Source: Gemmata obscuriglobus
Lineage (GTDB): Bacteria; Planctomycetota; Planctomycetia; Gemmatales; Gemmataceae
Reading direction: 5' to 3'
Assembly (NCBI RefSeq): GCF_008065095.1
Contig: NZ_CP042911.1
Span: forward strand, 7,770,001 to 7,802,000
Length of the DNA: 32,000 nucleotides
The notes under the pieces are model-generated. The model was not told the origin of the DNA and searched no databases. It worked only from the letters and a program-made list of their open reading frames with translations. Position numbers and translations under genes: made by a program. Shown here one piece after another: positions 17,347 to 25,434 of this stretch. Position 1 is the first letter of the stretch. Each line of letters opens with the position of its first letter.

Positions 17347-17400
17347 TGTTAGGTCGCTCGGTAAATGGAGAGGGACAAAGTCTCTCGATGTCGAGATAAT

Positions 17401-17428
17401 AGTATACCAATCCGCGGCGCGGTGGGAA
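17401..17428 (-). promoter_or_regulatory. Sigma-70-like promoter candidate for ilvB
   Basis: The minus strand reads TTCCCA-16 nt-TATACT (plus-strand 17423..17428 and 17401..17406). It sits in a conspicuously A+T-rich patch about 55 nt upstream of the ilvB ATG. Planctomycete promoter rules are poorly known. Confidence 0.3.
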
Positions 17429-17487
17429 CCGGGAACGTGTGAAGACGGGAAGGAAGGCGCCCCACGCGACCGGCCGAGCCCCCGGCG

Positions 17488-17691
17488 TCACCCGGCGGCG
17501 GGCCGGAGTTCGATCGCGTCGGCGGGGCACACCAGCTCGCACAGCGAGCACGAGACGCAGTCCCGGGGGCGGGGCAGCCACGGCCGCGGGCCGGCCATCG
17601 CGAGGCACCCCACCGGGCACACCGCCACACAATCGCCGCACCCAATGCAGCGCGCGTCGAGCAGCACCGGCAGTTCGCCGAGCGGGTTCAC
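17488..17691 (-). CDS. 2x[4Fe-4S] ferredoxin-like protein (67 aa)
   Basis: Two CxxCxxCxxxCP motifs (CIGCGDCVAVCP and CVSCSLCELVCP). The GTG start overlaps the stop of the upstream gene (GTGA). Confidence 0.85.
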   Translation of the reverse strand: MNPLGELPVLLDARCIGCGDCVAVCPVGCLAMAGPRPWLPRPRDCVSCSLCELVCPADAIELRPAAG

Positions 17692-18212
17692 TCGTTCACG
17701 TCCTCCTCGTCGGCCAGGTCGATCACCTCTTCCTCCGGCTCCGGCTTCTTGCGGCGCGGTTTGAGCCTTGCCGGTTCGCCCGGTTGCGGCGCGGGCGGGG
17801 CGGCAGTCCCGGCGCGGCGGCCCGCGGCGGCCATCAGCCCGCTCACCACGTCCTCAAAAACCGGGCGGGTGAGCGGCGGGAACAGCGCGTACCGCGCCCC
17901 GAGGTCGAACAGCGCCGCCGTCCACGCCACCCGGTCCGCGTCGTTGAACTTCACGTCGCTCACCACGACCACCGGTACGTCCGGGAGCCGCGCCGACACG
18001 TCGGAAACGAGCGCCAGGGCAGCCGCGGTCGCGGCGTCGTCGCCCGGGTCGAGTTGGACCACCAGGACCGACGGCCGGCGGTCGCGCACGAGCGCCGCCG
18101 CGGCGTCGGCCCGCGCGGCGCGCACGAGCCACGCGCTCTCGGCGGTGAACTCGGCCAGCATCCGCGCGATCCACCCGTCGGTTTCGACGATCACCAGTTG
18201 CGGGGCGCGCAC
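17688..18212 (-). CDS. Receiver-like (CheY-fold) protein with degenerate active site and a charged C-terminal tail
   Basis: GTG start preceded by GGGAGG. The pattern LVIVETDG ... PSVLVVQLDPGDD ... VPVVVVSD ... GARYALFPP follows the beta1/beta3/beta4/beta5 receiver layout. However, the first acidic pair is ET(D) and the conserved Lys before Pro is replaced (LFPP). Confidence 0.65.
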   Translation of the reverse strand: MRAPQLVIVETDGWIARMLAEFTAESAWLVRAARADAAAALVRDRRPSVLVVQLDPGDDAATAAALALVSDVSARLPDVPVVVVSDVKFNDADRVAWTAALFDLGARYALFPPLTRPVFEDVVSGLMAAAGRRAGTAAPPAPQPGEPARLKPRRKKPEPEEEVIDLADEEDVNE

Positions 18213-18248
18213 GCCGTACCTCCCCCCAGGTCCACGCGAGAGCGATTC

Positions 18249-18400
18249 ATACCAAATCCGGTTGAAGAGTAACGGTGGTTGGGAGCGCCACCCGCCTGCT
18301 GACGCAGGCGGTTCGACAAGCGGCGGTCGAACCGCCTGCGTCAGCAGGCGGGTGCAACCTACACTCTGCCGAGCGGTTGCTCTTCAACTGGATTTGGTAT
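18249..18400. repeat. 152-bp nested palindromic element (outer 25-nt arms, inner 29-nt perfect arms, sub-hairpin in each arm)
   Basis: Outer arms 18249..18273/18376..18400 are 23/25 complementary, and both mismatches are G-U on the plus strand. Inner arms 18289..18317/18326..18354 are perfect. Each inner arm contains CCGCCTGC-TGAC-GCAGGCGG (for example 18292..18311). Confidence 0.85.
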
Positions 18401-19824
18401 CAGTCCCCGCCCTCGGGCTTCCGCGGTTTGGGCGGCTGTGGCGGGATCGGGATGCCCAGCGCGTCGAGCCGGCGCCACAACTTCGCCCGGAACACCCCGA
18501 GCAGTTCCGCCGTCTCCGTCTGGTGGTTGTTGGCCTTCTTCAGCGCGAGCTGAATGAGCTTCTTTTCGACCGCCGCGAGGATCTCGTCCAGGTTGAGCGA
18601 TTTCGGCGGGTGCGTGCGCGCGATCCCGACCTTCACCCGCAGTTCGTGCGGCAGGTGCTCGCGCAGCACCGGTCCGCTCTCGGCGCTCCGGGCGGCCTCG
18701 TGGAGGGTGCCCGCCAGCTCGCGCAGGTTCACGGGCCAGGAGTGCTCCCGCAGCACCGCGAGTGCGGCCGGGTCGAGGGGGCGTCCCAGCAGGCGCGCCG
18801 CCAGGCGCGGGAGGTCCCCCAGGCGCTCGCGGAGCGGCGGCACGCGCACCTCAAACGCCGACAGAGCCGTCTGAAACATCGGGACGAGCGCCCCGCCGCT
18901 CATCACGCCGTCGCCGGCGGTTCTTTCGGAGCCACAAATCAGGCGGGCCGCCGGGGTGTCGGTGAAATGGTCCGCGAGTCGCTGTTGCAGGTCGCGCGGG
19001 AGCGCCGCCGGCTCCTTCAAATACAGGGTGCCGACGCGGTCCGCCCCGGCCAGCCCGCCGTGCCCGAAGAGCAGGCTCTCGACGAGGTACGGCTGAAGGC
19101 CCGCGCAGTCGATCCCCACGAACGCGCGGTCGCGGTTCGCGCTCGCGTGGTGGATCACGCGGGCCGTCGTTTCCTTGCCGCTGCCGGGCTCCCCGACGAT
19201 CCACACCGGTGCGGCTACGCTTGCCGCGAGTCGGGCCTGCGACACCAGCCGGCCCGCGGCGGGCGTTTCGCCGGCCAGCAGGTCGAACCCGAAGTGCGCG
19301 GCCCGGCGGTCGCGCAGCGCCGAGACGGCCGCGGGCACCTTCTTGGCCGCGGCCGGCACCGGCTCACCGACCACCGTCACGAACCCGACGATTCCGAACG
19401 TCTCTTTCCCGCGTTTCGCGTCCGCCGCGTCCCCGGGCGGTTCGGCGCCGGGCGCGAGCGGGGCGAACGTGACGTCCCACCACGGCGGCCCGTTCCGCCC
19501 CGGCGGTGCGGGCCGGCGGGCGCGGTCGTGGCGCCCCGCGAGCGCTTCCGGCGTCGGCGCGAGCGCCGCGGCGAGTGGCGTGCTGTGCCGCCGCTGGGAG
19601 CACACCATCCCGAGCGCTTCTTTCAGCGTCACGCCGGCGAGCCGCTCCCACGCGGGGTTCGCGTACCGCAACCGTTTGCCTTTTCCCAGCACGAACACGG
19701 GGGTCGCGGAGTGGTGGAAGAACGCGCGCCACCCGAACCCGCCGCTGCCGCGCGGGCGCCCCTTTCCGGACGGCGGATTCGGCACACCGGACATTCGCGC
19801 GGACCTGCTGGCTGTGGGCGCCAC
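18400..19824 (-). CDS. PAS domain / sigma-54-activator-like AAA+ (degenerate) / Fis-type HTH transcriptional regulator
   Basis: Walker A GEPGSGKE. ESLLFGHGGLAGA sits where ESELFGHEKGAFTGA is expected, so GAFTGA is lost. LYLKEP sits where LFLDEI is expected. WPVNLREL replaces WPGNVREL. C-terminal HTH NHQTETAELLGVFRAKLWRRL. N-terminal PAS-like ATPVFVLGKGKRLRYANPAWERLAG. The start is GTG at 19824 or ATG at 19794. Confidence 0.85.
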   Translation of the reverse strand: MAPTASRSARMSGVPNPPSGKGRPRGSGGFGWRAFFHHSATPVFVLGKGKRLRYANPAWERLAGVTLKEALGMVCSQRRHSTPLAAALAPTPEALAGRHDRARRPAPPGRNGPPWWDVTFAPLAPGAEPPGDAADAKRGKETFGIVGFVTVVGEPVPAAAKKVPAAVSALRDRRAAHFGFDLLAGETPAAGRLVSQARLAASVAAPVWIVGEPGSGKETTARVIHHASANRDRAFVGIDCAGLQPYLVESLLFGHGGLAGADRVGTLYLKEPAALPRDLQQRLADHFTDTPAARLICGSERTAGDGVMSGGALVPMFQTALSAFEVRVPPLRERLGDLPRLAARLLGRPLDPAALAVLREHSWPVNLRELAGTLHEAARSAESGPVLREHLPHELRVKVGIARTHPPKSLNLDEILAAVEKKLIQLALKKANNHQTETAELLGVFRAKLWRRLDALGIPIPPQPPKPRKPEGGD

Positions 19825-19906
19825 CCACCGGCGTCAGCCGACGGGTGCCACCTGGGCGTGTTCCGAGCCGGCGATTGACCCCATCACGGCTATTGCCAAT
19901 TCGATG

Positions 19907-20599
<693 letters not shown>

Positions 20600-20670
20600 G
20601 TTCGTTCCTGCGGAGGGGTGGAAGCGGGCGCGTGGTTGGGCGCAGGAGCATCGTAGCGACCCGCGTGCCG

Positions 20671-21387
20671 TCACGCCACCGGGTCGTCCGGAAGTGGGTG
20701 CCAGTACGCGGGGACGGGGGCTTCGATCACCAGTTCCTGCTTGGTGAATGGGTGCTCGAAGGTGAGCCGGCGGGCGTGGAGGGCGATCACGCGGTCGCGC
20801 GGCAGTTCCGCGGGCGGGCCGAACGGGCGCACGCTGCCGTAGAGCGAATCCCCGATCACCGGATGCCCGCGCCACGCGGACTGCACGCGGAGCTGGTGCA
20901 TCCGCCCCGTAAGCGGGTGCAACTCGATGCGCGTGTGCGCGGCGAACCGCTCCAGCACGCGGAACTCGAGCGTCGCGAGCTTCGCGCCCGGCTCGCCCTC
21001 GTGGCCGCGCGCGGCGCGGGCCTCGTTCTCGACCTTGCGGATGTAATCGTCCCACACGCCGGCGTCCGGCTCGACGACCCCTTCTACGAGCGCCCAATAC
21101 ACCTTACGCACACTCCGGTGTTCGAACTGCGAGTGGACCCGTTGGGCCGCCTTGGTGTTGCGCGCGAAGCACACGACCCCGCTGACGGGCCGGTCGAGCC
21201 GGTGCGGGACGCCGAGGTAGACGCCCGCGGGCTTGGCGTACTTGTCCTTGATGTACGCGCGCACCCGCTCTTCGAGGTTCGGCACCCCGGGCGGCGCCTG
21301 CGTGAGCAGCGGCGCGGGTTTGTTCACGACGACGAGGTGGTGGTCTTCGTATAAGACGGCGAGCGGCAGTGCGGCGGAGTCGTTCAT
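20671..21387 (-). CDS. RluA-family pseudouridine synthase (no S4 domain)
   Basis: LYEDHHLVVVNKPAPLL and the catalytic motif HRLDRPVSGVV. 238 aa with an ATG start. Confidence 0.9.
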   Translation of the reverse strand: MNDSAALPLAVLYEDHHLVVVNKPAPLLTQAPPGVPNLEERVRAYIKDKYAKPAGVYLGVPHRLDRPVSGVVCFARNTKAAQRVHSQFEHRSVRKVYWALVEGVVEPDAGVWDDYIRKVENEARAARGHEGEPGAKLATLEFRVLERFAAHTRIELHPLTGRMHQLRVQSAWRGHPVIGDSLYGSVRPFGPPAELPRDRVIALHARRLTFEHPFTKQELVIEAPVPAYWHPLPDDPVA

Positions 21388-21494
21388 GGTGCCTGAAGGC
21401 GAGCGGGGGGCGTGAGCCCCCCGAGTGGTTCAACAAACGGTTGCGCGGGTCAGTTCTCACCGCGGCTTGGTGACGCCGGCGCTGTGTCTGCTTC

Positions 21495-21562
21495 TTGTGG
21501 CACAGGCATTCCTGTCTGTGCGGCGCGAGAACGCCGCACAGACAGGAATGCCTGTGCCACAA
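21495..21562. repeat. Perfect palindrome with 31-nt arms and a 6-nt loop
   Basis: TTGTGGCACAGGCATTCCTGTCTGTGCGGCG at 21495..21525 is the exact reverse complement of 21532..21562. It is intergenic between the protease stop (21617) and the rluA-like start (21387). Confidence 0.9.
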
Positions 21563-21616
21563 AGACAACAACCAAAACAGAGACCAACAACCGGACCGTG
21601 AATCGGGCGAACACCG

Positions 21617-23053
21617 CTATCCCAGCACCCGTTCCGGAAGTCGCCGGGCCGGGGCCGGCGCGGTGCCCACCCCGCGGAGCTTGTTCCGCAGCACCTCGAG
21701 CGCCTTGTTCAGCGGCTGATCCGTGTACGGCTTGCTGTCGTCCACGATCGGCTTGCCGTCGATGCCCTTGGGGTTCGGCGCGGCCGGCGGCTTCGGGCCG
21801 ACCACGTCCGGCTTACCCGCCACCCACTGGCGCTTCAACTGCTCGACCTCCGCGCGGAGCTTGTCCTCCTTCGTGGTCGGGACCTCGATGTCGGGCCTCA
21901 CCCCCCACTGGTCCGGGGCGTCCTTCGAGGCGCGAATGCGGTCGATGTTGGCCCCGCTCGGGCGCCAGTACGTTTCCGTCGTGAGCTTCACCGCGCTGGG
22001 CGGGTCGCCGGGCAGCCGCAGCAGTTTCTGAACGCTCCCCTTACCGAAGCTGCGCTCGCCGATGACGACGGCCCGCTTGTTGTCCTGGAGCGCCGCGGCC
22101 ACGATCTCGCTGGCGCTCGCGCTGCCGTCGTTCACCAGCACCGCGATGGGCTTCTGTTCCGCCGGCAGGAACATGGTCCCGTCCTTTTTCGCCTCGAACG
22201 TGCGCTCCTTGCTGCGCCGGTCGCGCGTCGAGACGATCTTCCCCTCGGTGAGGAACAGATCGGACACCGAAACGGCCTCGCTTAGCAGCCCGCCCGGGTT
22301 CTCGCGCAGGTCCAGGACGATCGCCTTCCCGCCGTCGCGCTCGATCTCCTCGACGGCCGCTTTGATCTCTTTCGTGGTCAGCTCGCTGAACCCGCTGACG
22401 CGGATGTAGCCGATCCCGCCCGGTTTGTCCGCGAACCACTCCCACTTTTGCGGATCGTCGGCCCGACGCCGGACACCTGAAACCGGGTGCTGCGCCACCT
22501 GGGCGCGTTTCAGCGTGACCTGCTGTTCGGCCGGGTTGCGGCCGGCGCGGCGGGTGGTCAGGGTGACGCTCGTGTCGGGCTCGCCGGTGATGAGCTTGCG
22601 CGCGTCCGGGACCGTGATCCCCTCCGTGGACTTGTCCCCGACCTTCACGATCAGGTCGTCGGCGATGATCCCGGCGTCGTAGGCCGGCGTCCCGGGCATC
22701 GGGTGATCGACCTTGAGGAACTTCGTCTCCGGGTCGATCGTGAGGACGATGCCCACGCCCCCGAAGCTCCCCTGCGCGTCGGTCTCGAACCGCTTGAGGT
22801 GTTCGGCGTTGAGGTACTCGGAGTGCGGGTCCAGTTTCCGCAGCCCGCCGTTAATCATGTCCTCGACGAACTGCTGCCGCTCGTCGTCGCTGAGTTCGCG
22901 GTAGAAGTTCGCGTCCACCTCCGCGATGACGTCCACGACCTGCCGAACGAGTCGGTAGTCCTTGTCCGGCGCCGGGGCGCTGTAGCTGATCGCCAGGCCC
23001 AGCGCGATGATCGCGGGCACCGCGACGAGCCAGGCGAGGTTGCGAAGCGGCAT
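21617..23053 (-). CDS. ctpA: Carboxy-terminal processing protease (peptidase S41) with PDZ domain
   Basis: N-terminal TM anchor, PDZ region (GGVGIVL...GTPAYDAGI..DDLIVKV), and S41 core (IGYIRVSGFSE, IVLDLRENPGGLL, SASASEIVAAALQD, GERSFGKGSVQ). Confidence 0.93.
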   Translation of the reverse strand: MPLRNLAWLVAVPAIIALGLAISYSAPAPDKDYRLVRQVVDVIAEVDANFYRELSDDERQQFVEDMINGGLRKLDPHSEYLNAEHLKRFETDAQGSFGGVGIVLTIDPETKFLKVDHPMPGTPAYDAGIIADDLIVKVGDKSTEGITVPDARKLITGEPDTSVTLTTRRAGRNPAEQQVTLKRAQVAQHPVSGVRRRADDPQKWEWFADKPGGIGYIRVSGFSELTTKEIKAAVEEIERDGGKAIVLDLRENPGGLLSEAVSVSDLFLTEGKIVSTRDRRSKERTFEAKKDGTMFLPAEQKPIAVLVNDGSASASEIVAAALQDNKRAVVIGERSFGKGSVQKLLRLPGDPPSAVKLTTETYWRPSGANIDRIRASKDAPDQWGVRPDIEVPTTKEDKLRAEVEQLKRQWVAGKPDVVGPKPPAAPNPKGIDGKPIVDDSKPYTDQPLNKALEVLRNKLRGVGTAPAPARRLPERVLG

Positions 23054-23389
23054 TCGCTCTCCTTCGGAGAGGGGCGGAAGTCAGGGGCGGAAATCGGGAC
23101 CCGGCGTCAGGAGACGGTTCGGCGCCCGTTCCCGGCTACTGTCATTGTGGCACAGGCGCCGGCAACCGGCCCGGGGCTCAGGATAGCAGTCCCGCGGTGT
23201 TCCGGTTCTCGACTCCTCCGATTGCACGGATTATACACTTCGTTCGTGTTGCGCGGGAGTTGAACCTTCGCAACCGACCTGGTTGTAAAGATTACCGCCA
23301 GTCGATTTGTCCTCCCCTCTTGCGCCAGTTATCCTCGCGATAAGGGCTTCGTAAAGCCCGCAACTTACCGCGGCCGCGAGGGACCGACT

Positions 23390-24610
23390 ATGTACAGCGT
23401 TGTGATGATGACCGCCCTCACGGCCGCGCCGGACGCGCCGGGGTTCAACGGCTACTTCCGCGACCTGTTTTTCGGAAACAGTTGTAACGGGTGTAACGGC
23501 TGCTCCGGTGGGGTGCGGTACAGTTGCTACGGCGGCGGGTGCTCCGGGTCGGTGGCGTACCCCGCGTCGTGCAGCGGGTGCTGCGGGTCGTCGTGCAACG
23601 GCGGCCACGTGTTCGGGCTGGGAATCGGCGACCGCGTCCGCAGCTTCTTCGAGCGCGACACGCGCACCGGGTGCTGCGGATCGCACAGTTACGGGTGCTG
23701 CGGGTCGCACAGCTACGGCTGCTCCGGTTCGAGTTACTCGTGCTCCGGGTACTCGTGCAGCGGGTCGGCGTACTCGTGCTTCGGCGGCCCGGCGATCTCG
23801 TACACGCCGATCGTGACCGGCGGGCTGTCGTGCCAGGGCGGGCTGGTCTACCCCGCGCCGCCGTCGTTCGATCAGTTCCCGCCGACGCCAGCGCAGCCGA
23901 ACATTCCGTACGCCGAACCGCGCCCGGCGGAAGCAACGGGCTTGAGCCCCGCCGCGCACACGGCTCCTTCGGCGACCGTCGCCAACGGTCAAGCGGCTCG
24001 CGCCACGGTGGTGGTGCGCCTTCCCGTCGACGCGCGCCTCTCGGCGGAGGGGCGGGAACTCACCCTCGTGGGCACCGAGCGCCGGTTCGTTTCTCCCGAA
24101 CTCCCGCGGGACCAGGAGTTCGTGTACCGGTTCACCGCGCAGTACGAGCGCGGCGGCAAAATCGTCAGTGTCACCGAGAAGGTTGTGGTGCGGGCCGGCG
24201 CGACCGTGTCCGTCGAGTTCACGGACCTGACCGCCCGCCCGGCCGGTACGACTCCGGGCACCACGACTGCGAACGGGACCGCCGCGCCGACCACGCCGGT
24301 GACGGAGCCGACGAAGGCCGAACCGCCCGTCCGCGACACCCCCGCCGCGCCGACCGGTCCGGCGAGCGACCGCGCGACCATCACGGTGAAGCTGCCCGCG
24401 GGCGCGACCCTTTACGTTGACGACAAGAAGAGCCCGTCGAAGGACGCGGTGCGCCAGTTCGCCACCCCGCCGCTGCCCGCGAACCGCGAGTTCGCGTACC
24501 TGCTCAAGGCAGAAATCATGCGCGACGGGCGGCCCGAGACGCTGAGCCAGAAGGTGCCGTTCCGCGCCGGCGAGCGCGTGACCGTGGACTTCACCGGGCT
24601 CAGCAAGTAG
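23390..24610 (+). CDS. Planctomycete TIGR03000-repeat protein with Cys/Gly/Ser-rich N-terminal region
   Basis: MYSVVMMTAL N-terminus, then Cys-rich repeats (GCCGSHSYGCCGSHSYGCSGSSYSCSG). Two copies of the TIGR03000-like module follow (ATVVVRLPVDARLSAEG...FVSPELPRDQEFVYRFTAQYERGGK...VRAGATVSVEF and ATITVKLPAGATLYVDD...FATPPLPANREFAYLLKAEIMRDGR...FRAGERVTVDF). Confidence 0.85.
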   Translation: MYSVVMMTALTAAPDAPGFNGYFRDLFFGNSCNGCNGCSGGVRYSCYGGGCSGSVAYPASCSGCCGSSCNGGHVFGLGIGDRVRSFFERDTRTGCCGSHSYGCCGSHSYGCSGSSYSCSGYSCSGSAYSCFGGPAISYTPIVTGGLSCQGGLVYPAPPSFDQFPPTPAQPNIPYAEPRPAEATGLSPAAHTAPSATVANGQAARATVVVRLPVDARLSAEGRELTLVGTERRFVSPELPRDQEFVYRFTAQYERGGKIVSVTEKVVVRAGATVSVEFTDLTARPAGTTPGTTTANGTAAPTTPVTEPTKAEPPVRDTPAAPTGPASDRATITVKLPAGATLYVDDKKSPSKDAVRQFATPPLPANREFAYLLKAEIMRDGRPETLSQKVPFRAGERVTVDFTGLSK

Positions 24611-24645
24611 GGCCGGGGGAGAGTTGCGGTTTAAGAGGGTGTGGT

Positions 24646-24695
24646 GCGCGAGCGGGGGCGGGTGTGCCAATTGGTACCCCCGCCCCCGCTCGCGC
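24646..24695. terminator. GC-rich palindrome between convergent genes (bidirectional terminator candidate)
   Basis: GCGCGAGCGGGGGCGGG at 24646..24662 pairs perfectly with 24679..24695. The 16-nt spacer is itself near-palindromic (GTGCCAATTGGTAC). Confidence 0.55.
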
Positions 24696-24741
24696 GGGGG
24701 GCAAAGAGATCACCCATCGAAAGCACGTGACTACTTTGGCG

Positions 24742-25434
24742 TTAGTAGCTCAAATTGGATGCGAATAATACCCGACCGTTGTCGTTTGCGAACAGCCGAA
24801 GGTCACCATCTTGGGAAATCACGAACACCAAAGCTTGTGGAACGCGACGGCACAGGGCGTAGGCAGATTTGTGGCGTTCTCCGAACGATTTCAGCAATAT
24901 TGCGGCCGGCACATCGGTTTTGCTTGCGAGGTCGTGGCAGTCGCCAAGAACGCCTTCTGCATTCTTTTCGATAGAGCCGCCAAAGCCACGAAGCACTAAT
25001 CGTCGGTCGAGCACTACACACCCATCTGCGGCTGCGAGGTGGCCAACAGAAGACAGCCGACGGCGCCATCTGTGCGCGGTCACTCGCTTCAGTTCTACCG
25101 CATCCAAGTGGTCTGTGTTCGGGCCCCGAGCTGACGACCAGAGCACACTGAGTGAAGCCCATAAGTCGCGCAACTCCTCGCCGAGATCGACAGGAGCAAT
25201 CGGACTTGCAATTTTCAGTGGCGCGGACCCGGGGTCGGGCAAAATAGCAAACGCACCCCCATGCCCGAGTGCAATTGCCTCGCGTAGGATCAACGATAAT
25301 GCGATGAATATGTCTTTATGTATATTCGGAGTTGATAAGTGTGCGTTTTCTTGCAAAATTGCATCTAGCTTATCGTAATCTTCGATTATCGACTTGCAAT
25401 CAGGTACACTATATGGCAATTCGTAAGCGTTCAC
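24742..25434 (-). pseudogene. C-terminal fragment (DisA_N/diadenylate-cyclase-like domain) of a gene split by IS66 insertion
   Basis: The apparent start GTG AAC GCT TAC lies inside the IS terminal repeat. After the duplicated GAATTGCC the frame continues the upstream fragment. Ordered motifs GHGGAFAIL, AADGCVVLD, FGERHKSA and VFVISQDGDLRLF parallel the DisA_N motifs (G-ALIV, DGA, RHR, VS..G). The composition is A+T-richer. Confidence 0.75.
25415..25422. repeat. Target-site duplication copy 1 (GGCAATTC)
   Basis: This 8-mer directly abuts the IS end at 25423 and is identical to 26999..27006. Confidence 0.85.

Noticed and set aside
15628-17352. Long ORFs antisense to or frame-shifted against recognised genes. 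Examples: 15628..17352 (+), 15554..17641 (-), 615..1913 (+), 1126..2010 (+), 2421..3635 (+), 12882..14036 (+), 17749..19878 (+), 19175..20368 (+), 23231..24670 (-), 25489..26856 (+), 27777..30434 (+), and the upstream part of 30450..31883.
   Set aside because: Their translations are Arg/Pro/Gly/Ala-rich low-complexity sequence with no motifs. Each overlaps a gene with clear family signatures on the other strand or in another frame. Open alternative frames are expected at this G+C content.
21497-21513. Sigma-54 promoter-like TGGCAC-N5-TTCC inside the 31-nt palindrome arm, with a related TGGCACAGG at about 23149. This is tempting because an activator-like regulator is encoded nearby.
   Set aside because: The near-invariant GC of the -12 element is missing (TTCC, and CCGG at the second site). 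The nearby regulator has lost its GAFTGA loop anyway.
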